A DNA stretch of 58,151 bases, from the NCBI GenBank assembly GCA_025937755.1, contig JAICQR010000003.1, forward strand, positions 1 through 58,151. The letters are read 5' to 3'. Below the pieces are notes generated by a model that saw only the letters and a program-made list of their open reading frames with translations, did no database searches and was not told where the DNA came from. Every line of letters starts with the position of its first letter. Within the stretch, counting starts at the first letter, position 1. The stretch comes from Gemmatimonadales bacterium (lineage in GTDB: Bacteria; Gemmatimonadota; Gemmatimonadetes; Gemmatimonadales; GWC2-71-9). The position numbers were made by a program, and so were the translations under genes. Below are positions 1-8,875 of the stretch, in pieces.

Positions 1-54
1 CTGGATTCGGTGGCAGCGGAGCCCTGAGAACACACCACGACGGGCTGACTCGAG

Positions 55-1239
55 TCAGTTCACGGGTGCAGGCGCCCCCAGGTCGCCCAGCGTTTCCATC
101 CTCACCCACCGACCGAAAAACGGGTTGTCGAAGCCGTAACCGGTCAGGCTCTCGGCGCGGAGAAGTATCCCGGAATCGATCAGCGAGCTTGCCGCGTTGG
201 CCGCTGCGCCACTGCTGCTCAAACCATATCGCTCGCCGGCGTCGCGGGTGGTCAGGCCATAGCGGTCCTCCGCGATGCAGCGGAGCACGTTCTGCTGGAG
301 CACCGTCAAGTCGTCCCATGTCGACTGGAGCGGCACCTCCTGCTCGGCGGTGACATCGTCGAGGGCCCGCGCCACGTCTGCGGCCGTCGCTACGCCTTTC
401 GAGATGCAGATGTCATGGCAGCGCCGTGCGAGCTGCACCCGGTCCCGGGTCCGCGGGCCAGCCGTCTCGACGATGATCGCGCCCACGCCGTCGGCTCTCA
501 CTCCATGCGCCGTCATCCGCTGATCGATCCACGTTGCAAAATGTTCGGCGTCGATGGGGCCGAACCGCAGCTGGTCTGCCAGGCCATAGAATGCGCGACC
601 CTTGTCCATCATGCGTTCGATCAGATGGGCCTGCGATCCGGCCAGCACATAGCTTACATGCGTATGCTTCTGCAGGATGCCACGCAGGTGCCACTCAGCG
701 CTCTCGCCGCCGAACCTCTGGACCTCCTGGAACTCGTCCAGCACGATACCGATAGGGGTTTCCCGTTCGGCGGCCAGTTGCTCTACGGAATCGAGTGTCT
801 GGGCCAGCGAGTTTCGCTGGTCTTCCAGGGATGCTGCTCGAAGCTTCACATCGAGACTCGGAAGGATCAGCCCGGTCGATGGGTCAGGTGTCAGGCTGAT
901 TATCACGCCGATGCGTCGGACGAACTCACCTATCGAGTCTCGCCACTTCCGGCCCAGTGCGCGGCCTGCGGCATCGAGGATCCGGTTTGCGATGTCAACG
1001 ACCGTAGACGCGGTGGAGATGTCCGCCAGGAACGCAATCCCGCCCTCGGCCTCGCGCCGCGCCAGCCCCTCCAGCAGCGCGGAGGTCTTGCCCATCCGGC
1101 GCGGCCCATACACCAGCAGCTTCGCAGCCGGCTCCCGGAGGGTTCCCAGAATACGCTCGAGCTCGGCATCCCGATCGGTGAAGAACTCGTCGGTAACGAC
1201 GCCGTGGATGCGGAAGGGATTGCTCGTCTGACTCGCCAT
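55..1239 (-). CDS. P-loop ATPase (ATPase_2/AAA_16-like) with probable C-terminal winged helix
   Basis: NPF..F.DRDAEL N-terminus, Walker A GPRRMGKT, Walker B LDEFQE, C-terminal FDNPFFGRW. Confidence 0.8.
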   Translation of the reverse strand: MASQTSNPFRIHGVVTDEFFTDRDAELERILGTLREPAAKLLVYGPRRMGKTSALLEGLARREAEGGIAFLADISTASTVVDIANRILDAAGRALGRKWRDSIGEFVRRIGVIISLTPDPSTGLILPSLDVKLRAASLEDQRNSLAQTLDSVEQLAAERETPIGIVLDEFQEVQRFGGESAEWHLRGILQKHTHVSYVLAGSQAHLIERMMDKGRAFYGLADQLRFGPIDAEHFATWIDQRMTAHGVRADGVGAIIVETAGPRTRDRVQLARRCHDICISKGVATAADVARALDDVTAEQEVPLQSTWDDLTVLQQNVLRCIAEDRYGLTTRDAGERYGLSSSGAAANAASSLIDSGILLRAESLTGYGFDNPFFGRWVRMETLGDLGAPAPVN

Positions 1240-1248
1240 GGTCCTGAG

Positions 1249-1303
1249 CTGTAGATAACTACTGCAATATTACTGTAGTAATAGAAACTGTCAATATCTA
1301 CAG
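1249..1303. promoter_or_regulatory. AT-rich divergent promoter region with 9-bp inverted repeat
   Basis: CTGTAGATA (1249-1257) and TATCTACAG (1295-1303) flank an AT-rich island between the divergent ATPase and amidase genes. Confidence 0.5.
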
Positions 1304-1367
1304 TTCGGGCCGCTGTGGAAGCATCAGCCTCCTGGGTGCGGCATTTTGGGGCTAGCTTACCCTTTCT

Positions 1368-2939
1368 ATGGCTCTCTCTCGACGCGACGCTCTTTCCCGG
1401 CTCGCCGCCCTCACCGCCATGACAGCCATGCCGCGTTCCGCGTGGTCGCTCGCCGGCCGCGATCCCGATCCACTCGACGGCACCATCGCACAATACGTGT
1501 CCGGTTATCATGCCGGCCGCTGGTCCGCGGAGGAAGTCACCGCCGCCGCGCTGGAGCGATGCCGGACCGAGGGGATGGCGCTTCGCGCTATCGACGCGCT
1601 CTCCGCCACCGCGATCGACGACGCCAGGGCGGCCGATGCCCGGCGTCGCGCCGGCAAGCTGTTGGGAGCGCTGGATGGTGTTCCGGTCTTCGCCAAGTCG
1701 ATCTACGACATGAACGGCCTGCCCACCACCGCGTCCAGCGCCGAGTGGGCCCGGCTCTTCCCGGAAGCGGTGGGGCGCGATTCGATCGAGGTGGCACGGC
1801 TGCGCGCGGCCGGCGCAATCGTGCTGGGCAAGACGGCCGCAGACGACTTCGCCTATCGCGGGGTGGGCACCAGCAGTCACACCGGCCAGGTGATCAATCC
1901 CCACGATCGTACCGGAGCGCGGACGCCGGGCGGCTCCAGTGCCGGCTCGGCAGTGGCCGTTGCCTGCGGGATGGCCTTTGCCGCCCTCGGCACCGACGAC
2001 GGCGGCTCCAACCGGATCCCGGCGGTATGCACCGGGGTGGTGGGAATGAAGCCCACCTTCGGGCTCGTGCCCCGCACCGGCGTCATTCCAACCTGGCCGT
2101 ACCTCGACACCCATGGTCCGCTGGCCCGCACGGTGGCCGACGCCGCATTGATGCTGGCCGCGATAGCCGAGCCGAGTGAGTCGGATCCGCTGTCGCTGGC
2201 GCTCGCGCGCAATGCGGCACCGGTCACTGGCTTTCGCGACGACGCGCTCAAGGGCGTGCGACTGGGCGTGGTCGAGGCGCATGTGCCGGAGGACAAGATG
2301 ACAGCCGGCGCGCTTGCGACCTGGCGCCGCGCGCTGAGCGACCTCCGCTCGGCTGGTGCGATGATCGAGCCATTCGCCTCGCCGGTGACCCTCGCCAACT
2401 ACCGGAAGCAGTTCAGTGACGCGGCAACCGAGCGCGGCGACGTAGCGCCGGATTCGCGATCGCCCGGGCCAACAGCTAACGCGCTTTACCTCTACTTCGC
2501 CGGGCGCAGCGAGAATCCGATGGAGGCGATCCGGCGCGGCTATCCCGCATATCGCGAGTTCTACGACGTGCTGCCGGAAACGTTCGAGGAGTGCGAGCCG
2601 CTGCTGCGCCAGCCGATGAGAAGCGATGCGGCGGGGCAGTCGTTCGCGCGGTCGCGAGCCGAGGTGGTAGCGGCGCTGGAGCGGGCAATGCGGGCAGCGG
2701 ACGTAGCGGCGCTGGTCTACCCCACCATGCCGTTCAATGCCTTCAGCCTGGCCGAGGGCTGGCCCGATGTGCGCACCGCGCTGGGATTCGGCAACTTCCT
2801 GGGGCTGCCTGAGGTGTCGGTGCCATCGGGAATGGGGCCGGACGGGATGCCGTCGCTCAGCCTGTCGGTGGTGGGGCTGCCGGGCGAGGACGCCCAGGTG
2901 CTGGCCCTGGCGCATGCGTATGAAGGGCATAGGGCGTAG
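1368..2939 (+). CDS. Amidase-signature family amidase, Tat-exported
   Basis: SRRDAL twin-arginine signal; PGGSSAGSAVAVA and GTDDGGSNRIPA motifs. Confidence 0.9.
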   Translation: MALSRRDALSRLAALTAMTAMPRSAWSLAGRDPDPLDGTIAQYVSGYHAGRWSAEEVTAAALERCRTEGMALRAIDALSATAIDDARAADARRRAGKLLGALDGVPVFAKSIYDMNGLPTTASSAEWARLFPEAVGRDSIEVARLRAAGAIVLGKTAADDFAYRGVGTSSHTGQVINPHDRTGARTPGGSSAGSAVAVACGMAFAALGTDDGGSNRIPAVCTGVVGMKPTFGLVPRTGVIPTWPYLDTHGPLARTVADAALMLAAIAEPSESDPLSLALARNAAPVTGFRDDALKGVRLGVVEAHVPEDKMTAGALATWRRALSDLRSAGAMIEPFASPVTLANYRKQFSDAATERGDVAPDSRSPGPTANALYLYFAGRSENPMEAIRRGYPAYREFYDVLPETFEECEPLLRQPMRSDAAGQSFARSRAEVVAALERAMRAADVAALVYPTMPFNAFSLAEGWPDVRTALGFGNFLGLPEVSVPSGMGPDGMPSLSLSVVGLPGEDAQVLALAHAYEGHRA

Positions 2940-2965
2940 GGCATAGGGCGTAGGGCGTAGGGCGC
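2924..2965. repeat. Heptamer tandem repeat (AGGGCRT)x6
   Basis: Six 7-nt units (last unit ends in C); the array contains the amidase TAG stop. Confidence 0.9.
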
Positions 2966-3056
2966 AGGGGGCAGTACGAAGGCAGTTGCAGTACGGTACA
3001 CGCAGGTGCAGCTTCACGCGGTTGCCGTTTCCGCTCCCCGCGTCCGGTGGGAGTGC

Positions 3057-5015
3057 ATGCCTGACCTTGCCCGCATGATTCTCGCCGACCGGTACGTTAT
3101 CGAGCGCGAGCTCGGTCGCGGCGGTATGGCTACCGTGTGGCTGGCGCGGGACCGCCAGCACGAGCGGTTCGTCGCGATCAAGGTCCTGCATCCCGAACTC
3201 GCAGGAGCCATCTGGCTGGACCGGTTTGTCCGCGAAGTCCGGCTTACTGCGAGCCTCAAGCACCCCAACATCGTCTCGGTCATTGATTCCGGTGTCCTGC
3301 ACTCGCAGGATGGGACGACGCTGCCGTGGTATGCCATGGCCTGGCTCGAAGGCGAGTCGCTGCGTGCCCGGCTCGCGCGAGAGTGCCAGTTGCCCGTTGC
3401 CGAGGCGGTCGAGATCGCCGGGGCGGTTGGCAGCGCGCTCGAGGCGTCCCACCGGGCGGGCATCGTCCATCGCGACATCAAGCCGGAGAACATTTTCCTG
3501 TCGGATGGCCACGTTTACGTCGTGGACTTCGGTATCGCGAAGGCGCTGCTCCAGAACGGCGGCGAGCGCCTGACCAGCACGGGGCTGGCGATCGGCACCC
3601 CGGCCTACATGAGCCCCGAGCAGGCGATGGCTGATCCGGTGGACGCGCGGACCGACCAGTACAGTCTGGCCACCGTTCTCTACGAGATGCTGGCCGGCGA
3701 GGCGCCATTCAGCGGTGCCACCGCGCAGGCCATCGTGGCCCGCCGTCTCGCGGAGCGGGCTCGCCCGCTCATTCCGGTGCGGCCCACCGTGCCGATCCAG
3801 GTCGAGCGCGCAATCCTGAAGGCGCTCGAGCGTTCGCCGGCGGATCGCTTTCCGCACGTACGGGCCTTCACCCTGGCCCTGCTGGCTGAATCCGCGCCGA
3901 CGCCGGTGCCGCCGCGGCGGCTCCTTCGCCAATCCGTGCTGAGCGCGGCGCTGCTCACCGCCATCGTCGCCGGTGGGTGGCTGTTCACCATGCGGGCCCG
4001 CAGCACGCCACCGCGAATTCCCGATCCAGAGCTGATCGCCTTGTTCCAGCGCGGCTCCGATGCCCTGACTCGCCGCACGCCGCGCGGCCTCACCGAGGCC
4101 GTCCAGGCTTTTGCTTCGGCGGTTGGGCGCGATTCCTCCTTCGCGCCGGGCTGGACCGGGCTGGCCAAGGCATACCGCCAGGCCTATCAACGGTCGTTTG
4201 CGATCCACGGTCTCACGGGCGACAGCCTGCTGCAGCGGGCGCTGGTTGCCTCCGACCGCTCACTCGCGATCGACTCGAGCAGCTCGGAGGCATGGCTGGC
4301 GCGGGCGATGGTGAGCAAGAGCGTGGAACCCACGGATCCCGGCCCCAGTCTGCGGCTGATCCGGCGGGCGCTGTCGCTCGATTCCACCAATGCCGGGGCC
4401 TGGCACTTCCTGGGCACGCTCCTGTCCGAGACCGGTGACCTGGACGCCGGGATGGACGCGTGGCGGCGGTGCGTTGCACTCGCACCCGCCAACACCGAAT
4501 GCCTGGCCTTCCTCGGGTTGGGGCACTACTGGCGCCGGCGGTACGACAGCGCGGCGGCATGGGCCGACAGCGCCATCGCGGTCGAGCCCAACTACCTCCT
4601 CGGGCGGCAGGTGGCCGGCAACATCGCGGTGGAGCGGGGCGACTTCGCGAAGGCCGCGTCCGCATTCGACGCCGCGCGACGGGTCAGTACCGGAGTCGAG
4701 GCCATCAACAGCCTGGCAGGCAGCGCGCTGGCCGCGGCCCGCGCCGGGCGAAGCAAGGAAGCCCGCGCAATTCTGCGAAAGGTCGACTCGATGGCCACCG
4801 GCCTGGAGCCGTTCCCCTTGCACACTGCTGTCTACGCGTCCCATGCCTTTGCCGCGCTTGGCGAGCCAGACATGGCCCTGGCTTGGCTCGCCCGCTACGA
4901 GCCGCTGCGCGACCTCCATTATCAGTTCCATCTCCTGTGCGACCCTCCCTTCGACCCGCTCCGGAGTGTTCCCCGCTTCCAGTCGCTGCTGCTTCGGGGG
5001 GTGTCGGCTTGCTGA
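3057..5015 (+). CDS. Ser/Thr protein kinase with TM helix and TPR C-terminus
   Basis: GRGGMATV, VAIK, HRDIKPEN, DFG, GTPAYMSPE; TPR-like helices; start set at ATG 3057. Confidence 0.9.
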   Translation: MPDLARMILADRYVIERELGRGGMATVWLARDRQHERFVAIKVLHPELAGAIWLDRFVREVRLTASLKHPNIVSVIDSGVLHSQDGTTLPWYAMAWLEGESLRARLARECQLPVAEAVEIAGAVGSALEASHRAGIVHRDIKPENIFLSDGHVYVVDFGIAKALLQNGGERLTSTGLAIGTPAYMSPEQAMADPVDARTDQYSLATVLYEMLAGEAPFSGATAQAIVARRLAERARPLIPVRPTVPIQVERAILKALERSPADRFPHVRAFTLALLAESAPTPVPPRRLLRQSVLSAALLTAIVAGGWLFTMRARSTPPRIPDPELIALFQRGSDALTRRTPRGLTEAVQAFASAVGRDSSFAPGWTGLAKAYRQAYQRSFAIHGLTGDSLLQRALVASDRSLAIDSSSSEAWLARAMVSKSVEPTDPGPSLRLIRRALSLDSTNAGAWHFLGTLLSETGDLDAGMDAWRRCVALAPANTECLAFLGLGHYWRRRYDSAAAWADSAIAVEPNYLLGRQVAGNIAVERGDFAKAASAFDAARRVSTGVEAINSLAGSALAAARAGRSKEARAILRKVDSMATGLEPFPLHTAVYASHAFAALGEPDMALAWLARYEPLRDLHYQFHLLCDPPFDPLRSVPRFQSLLLRGVSAC

Positions 5016-5073
5016 GTTCCAGTCGGCGCTATGAAGCGCAAGTGTATTATCAAGGTGCACGGATGAGAGCTTG

Positions 5074-5589
5074 ATGCCCCGCTACGTGGCCCTGCTTCGG
5101 GGCGTGATGCCCACCAACGCGAAGATGGCCGACCTCAGGAACAGCTTTGAGTGCGCCGGCTTTACCGACGTCTGGACCGTGCGTTCGAGTGGCAACGTGG
5201 TGTTCGACGCAACCAGCAGGTCCGAAACGGCAATCACCCGCCGGGCCGAGGGAGCCATGGCGGAGCAACTGGGGCGGAGCTTCTATACCATCGTGCGGCC
5301 GGTGAGCCACCTGCGTTCGCTGCTCGCGTCGGATCCCTACGCGAAGTTCCGCCTGCCGGCCACGTCCAAACGGATCGTCACCTTCCTTCGCGAGCCCGCC
5401 GGGAAGACACCGCCCCTGCCGATCGAGGTGGATGGAGCCCGGATACTTTCGCTCAAGGGCCGCGAAGTCTATTCCGCCTACACCCCGGATCCCCGTGGCC
5501 CCAACTTCATGGTGCTGATCGAGAAGACGTTCGGCACCAACCTCACCACCCGCACCTGGGAAACAGTGCAGAAGTGCGCGACGGCATGA
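5074..5589 (+). CDS. DUF1697 family protein
   Basis: YVALLRG..MADLR, SSGNVVF, C-terminal TTRTWETV. Confidence 0.8.
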   Translation: MPRYVALLRGVMPTNAKMADLRNSFECAGFTDVWTVRSSGNVVFDATSRSETAITRRAEGAMAEQLGRSFYTIVRPVSHLRSLLASDPYAKFRLPATSKRIVTFLREPAGKTPPLPIEVDGARILSLKGREVYSAYTPDPRGPNFMVLIEKTFGTNLTTRTWETVQKCATA

Positions 5590-6392
5590 CCGGCACGAGC
5601 ACGGTACGCATCGCACTCGCAAACATCCGGGTTCCCCGGACACCCGAGGACTCCGTGCTCCTGGCGACATCGGCGGTCGCCGAAGCTGGCCGGCAAGGCG
5701 CGCTGGTGCTCTGCTTTCCGGAGTGCTTCGTGCCCGGCTATCGGTGGCCCGGCACGACACCGCCAGCTCCGGATCCTGCCTTCCTTGCACAGGCGTGGGA
5801 TGCTGTCGCGAAAGCCGCGAAGTCGGCCGGTATCACGGTCATCCTGGGCACTGAGCGCGAGACCGGCCGTGGCTTGCAAATCACCGCCTGCGTGTTCGGT
5901 CCGGACGGCACCATCGTCGGATGGCAGGACAAGGGGCAGCTCGATCCCTCGGAAGAATCCATCTATCCCGCGCGCGCCACCGAACGCAGCGTCTTCAGTG
6001 CCGGCCCGCTGACGTTTGGCGTGGTGATCTGCCACGAAGGCTGGAGGTATCCGGAAACGGTGCGGTGGGCGGTGCGTCGAGGTGCGCAGGTCGTCTTTCA
6101 CCCACATGCGCACGTGGCCGAGCCGGGGAGCTACCGGCCTGTCACGTTTGCGGATCCCGCCAACACCTTTCACGAGAAGGCGGTTCTGTGCCGAGCAGCG
6201 GAGAACACATGCTTCTTCGCCTCCGTGAATTGCGCGAGCGAAGGCTCCGGCACCACCTCGGCGGTCGCGCGCCCGGACGGCACGTTGCAGTGCTTTCAAC
6301 CCTACGGCCAGGAAGGCCTGCTGGTGGCGGACCTGGACCTCAGCACCGCCACCGGGTTGCTCGCGCAGCGGTGCAGGACTTCGCCGATGTAA
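5586..6392 (+). CDS. Carbon-nitrogen hydrolase (nitrilase family)
   Basis: Glu-Lys-Cys triad motifs FPE, QDK, ICHE; ATGA overlap with the upstream gene. Confidence 0.85.
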   Translation: MTGTSTVRIALANIRVPRTPEDSVLLATSAVAEAGRQGALVLCFPECFVPGYRWPGTTPPAPDPAFLAQAWDAVAKAAKSAGITVILGTERETGRGLQITACVFGPDGTIVGWQDKGQLDPSEESIYPARATERSVFSAGPLTFGVVICHEGWRYPETVRWAVRRGAQVVFHPHAHVAEPGSYRPVTFADPANTFHEKAVLCRAAENTCFFASVNCASEGSGTTSAVARPDGTLQCFQPYGQEGLLVADLDLSTATGLLAQRCRTSPM

Positions 6393-6415
6393 AGCCGTCC
6401 AGCTACCGCCGTTCA

Positions 6416-6580
6416 CTCCGCTGCTTCCCTCCGGCGCCTGAGGCCGGCGGCCGCCCCACATCGCCCTACCGCCCTACCGCCCTACCGCCCTACCGCCCTA
6501 CCGCCTTGCCGCCCTACCGACCTACCGCCTTACCGTCCGTCCGCCGAGCCACGCCGCCCGCGGGAAGCAGCGGAGCTCGC
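6416..6580. repeat. Structured dispersed element, copy 1 (14-bp terminal inverted repeat)
   Basis: CTCCGCTGCTTCCC (6416-6429) and GGGAAGCAGCGGAG (6562-6575); both ends are homologous to 58021-58143. Confidence 0.8.
6463..6535. repeat. Octamer tandem repeat (GCCCTACC)n, about 9 units
   Basis: Read directly; lies inside the structured element. Confidence 0.9.
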
Positions 6581-6596
6581 GGCATCCAGGCACCGT

Positions 6597-6676
6597 CGCC
6601 GAGCCGCCGAGCCGCCGAGCCGCCGAGCCGCCGAGCCGTCTAGCCGTCTAGCCGTCTAGCTGTCCAGCCGTCCAGC
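6597..6676. repeat. Octamer tandem repeat (GAGCCGCC)n grading into (TAGCCGTC)n
   Basis: Read directly; supplies the last codons and stop of the 6640-7644 gene. Confidence 0.9.
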
Positions 6677-7644
6677 TTCCCCACCGCCCGCACCACCCAC
6701 ATCGCCAGCAAGCCGCCCGCCGCCAGCCGCAGGAGCAACCCCGCGGCATCCCCGCCGCCATAGGCGGTGGCGAGTGCTGGTGCAGCGAACCAGTAGTAGA
6801 GCCCGAACGCCAGCCCGCCGAGCAGCGGCAAGGCCGCCCGCGCGGTTATCCGAGTGGTGATCACGAGCGCGCCCAGCACCAGCACGCTGGCCGCCGACCA
6901 CACCAGGATACGCAGGTACACGTCCGGCGCAGTTGAAAATGCTCCGTTCTCGCTGGTGAAGTAGCCGACCACGAAACCGGGGAAGCCGATGCTGAACAGG
7001 CCGAACGGGGTGCCGAGCCAGCGGATTGAGCGGCGCTTGGGTCCCAGCGTCTGCATCAGCGTCTTCTCGCCTGCCATGTCGAGGCAGCCTGACGGGGTGC
7101 ACATGCTGCATGCGGCACACCGCGCACTCCCGATGCGAACCAGCGGATACTGGCCGTACAGTTTCTCAACCGGGAGGACCGGGCAGATGGCATTGCAGAA
7201 GCCGGCTCGCCGGGCGAACAGCAATCCCGCTGCCAGTGCAATCGCCGCGACGGCGACGATGGTGAGCGCCAGCACTGGCCCACTTTCGTTGAACAGGAAC
7301 CGGCGCGCTGGCACCATGAGAAGCAGCAGGGCGATGCCTGCCGCCCATGAAGCGCGAAGGGCATTTCCTTTGAGACGCCGTGTCCCGATGCGCTGGCCGG
7401 TGGCAGTGTTCAGCGTGGCAAGCGGGCAGACGTTGCGCCAGATGATGGGATTGATCAGGAACACGGCCGGGAGCAGTGGAATCACCATGTCCCACAGCAC
7501 ATGCAGCGTGGGCGCCGGGCGGACAGCCAGGCCGGCGAGCAGGGCGACGGTCAGCAGCAGCCCGAGCATCTGGGCCGCGGCGTACCAGCCCCTGGATGGC
7601 GCCGAGATTGAATGAATGTCGAGATGAACGGCCCGGTATGCCAT
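6640..7644 (-). CDS. Polytopic membrane protein with Fe-S-type Cys motifs (NapH/NosR/RdxA-like)
   Basis: Several TM helices; WRNVCP, FCNAICP, CAACSMC..GC. Confidence 0.7.
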   Translation of the reverse strand: MAYRAVHLDIHSISAPSRGWYAAAQMLGLLLTVALLAGLAVRPAPTLHVLWDMVIPLLPAVFLINPIIWRNVCPLATLNTATGQRIGTRRLKGNALRASWAAGIALLLLMVPARRFLFNESGPVLALTIVAVAAIALAAGLLFARRAGFCNAICPVLPVEKLYGQYPLVRIGSARCAACSMCTPSGCLDMAGEKTLMQTLGPKRRSIRWLGTPFGLFSIGFPGFVVGYFTSENGAFSTAPDVYLRILVWSAASVLVLGALVITTRITARAALPLLGGLAFGLYYWFAAPALATAYGGGDAAGLLLRLAAGGLLAMWVVRAVGKLDGWTARRLDG

Positions 7645-7750
7645 GATGGTGCACCTCGCCGTGTAGGTGGAAAATGCCGAACCTCACGCTGTCTTCACCG
7701 CCGCTTCATGGCTGGCATGCGACTGTGGAACACCAGAGAAGGAGTGCCAT

Positions 7751-7957
7751 ATGAGCACCCGCCTGTTCCTGCCGCTTGCCGCCTTGCTGACCCTGGCGTG
7801 CGCACCCGCGATCCCCGCCCGGCCCGATCTTGCACCGGTCACCGAAGCCGCCGCAGGCATGACAGCACCTGCCATCGCCGTTAGTGCCCCGGTGATCCCC
7901 AGGCTGGATCTCTCGCCGATCAACGCCGAGGTCAGGACGATCGCCCGCCCGCGCTGA
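7751..7957 (+). CDS. Small putative lipoprotein (68 aa)
   Basis: AAGGAG RBS; signal peptide ending in LTLAC lipobox. Confidence 0.55.
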   Translation: MSTRLFLPLAALLTLACAPAIPARPDLAPVTEAAAGMTAPAIAVSAPVIPRLDLSPINAEVRTIARPR

Positions 7958-7981
7958 GCCACTGGCCGCGCGGGCCGCTCG

Positions 7982-8875
7982 CTACATGCGGGCCAGAACG
8001 GCCTCCACGCCTGCGATCCCGCCGTCCCCGCGCCAGGCGATGCGCCCGTCGCTGCCAACCAGGAGCAGCGTGGTGGCGTGGTCCACATCGCCGGTCCGCT
8101 CATCCCGTCGCCGCGCGATGCCAAGCGCATCGAGCGCCGCATTGACGTTGGGCACGCTGCCGGACACCACGCGGTCCTTAGCGCCGAGCCGCCACGCCTC
8201 TGCGATGGTGGCCAGGCGCCCGGGGGTATCTCGCCAGGGATCAAGGCTCACCACGACCAGCGGAACGTCGGCGCGTCCCGCTCGCGCGCGAGCCGCGCGA
8301 AGCTCATTCACGATCACGGGGCAGACCGTGGTGCAATGGCCGAACGCGAAGGTCAGGATGGCCGGGCCCCCGGTCAGCTCGGCCAGGGAAGTCCTGCGGC
8401 CGTGCTGGTCAACCAGCGCGGTCTCGGGAATGAGGAGGTCAACTCTTCGCAACGCGCCGATGTCGGACGCGTAGAGGTTGCGGCCGGCCTCCCAGGCACG
8501 CGCAACGCGCACGCCCAGCATCGTCGTGACCGTGATCAGCGCAGCTGCGGTAACCAGCGTGGCGGCTCGCCGCACTGGCCGGGCCATCAGCCACGCGAAG
8601 TCGCGCCGCAGCGCGCTCCCGCCTATTGCCACCAGCACACCCAGCATCCCTATCGGTTCGCCGACGAGCAGGATCCATCCGGAAGTGCCGGGCAGGCCTC
8701 CGGGTGCCGAGCCGAAGCAGGCGGCCCGGGTGCGAGTGAGCCAGACCGGCTCGGCGCTGGCCGGCCAGAGCGCGAGCGCCCACCACGCCGCAGTGATCAG
8801 CAGGATCACCACCAGCGCGATGAGCGCCCACCCGGGGCGGTTGTCCCTGGCGGGAACCGCTAGCCGATCTTCCAC
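7982..8875 (-). CDS. SCO/SenC copper chaperone with N-terminal membrane domain
   Basis: FAFGHCTTVCP (CxxxC), SLDPWRDT, DVDH; GTG start overlaps the end of subunit I. Confidence 0.85.
   Translation of the reverse strand: MEDRLAVPARDNRPGWALIALVVILLITAAWWALALWPASAEPVWLTRTRAACFGSAPGGLPGTSGWILLVGEPIGMLGVLVAIGGSALRRDFAWLMARPVRRAATLVTAAALITVTTMLGVRVARAWEAGRNLYASDIGALRRVDLLIPETALVDQHGRRTSLAELTGGPAILTFAFGHCTTVCPVIVNELRAARARAGRADVPLVVVSLDPWRDTPGRLATIAEAWRLGAKDRVVSGSVPNVNAALDALGIARRRDERTGDVDHATTLLLVGSDGRIAWRGDGGIAGVEAVLARM

Noticed and set aside
930-4208. 1092-aa minus-strand ORF
   Set aside because: Antisense shadow of the amidase and kinase genes in high-GC DNA; no motifs
6463-6676. CRISPR array
   Set aside because: Units are 8 nt with no unique spacers, and there are no cas genes. 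The AddB PD-(D/E)XK/Fe-S domain is Cas4-like in fold only
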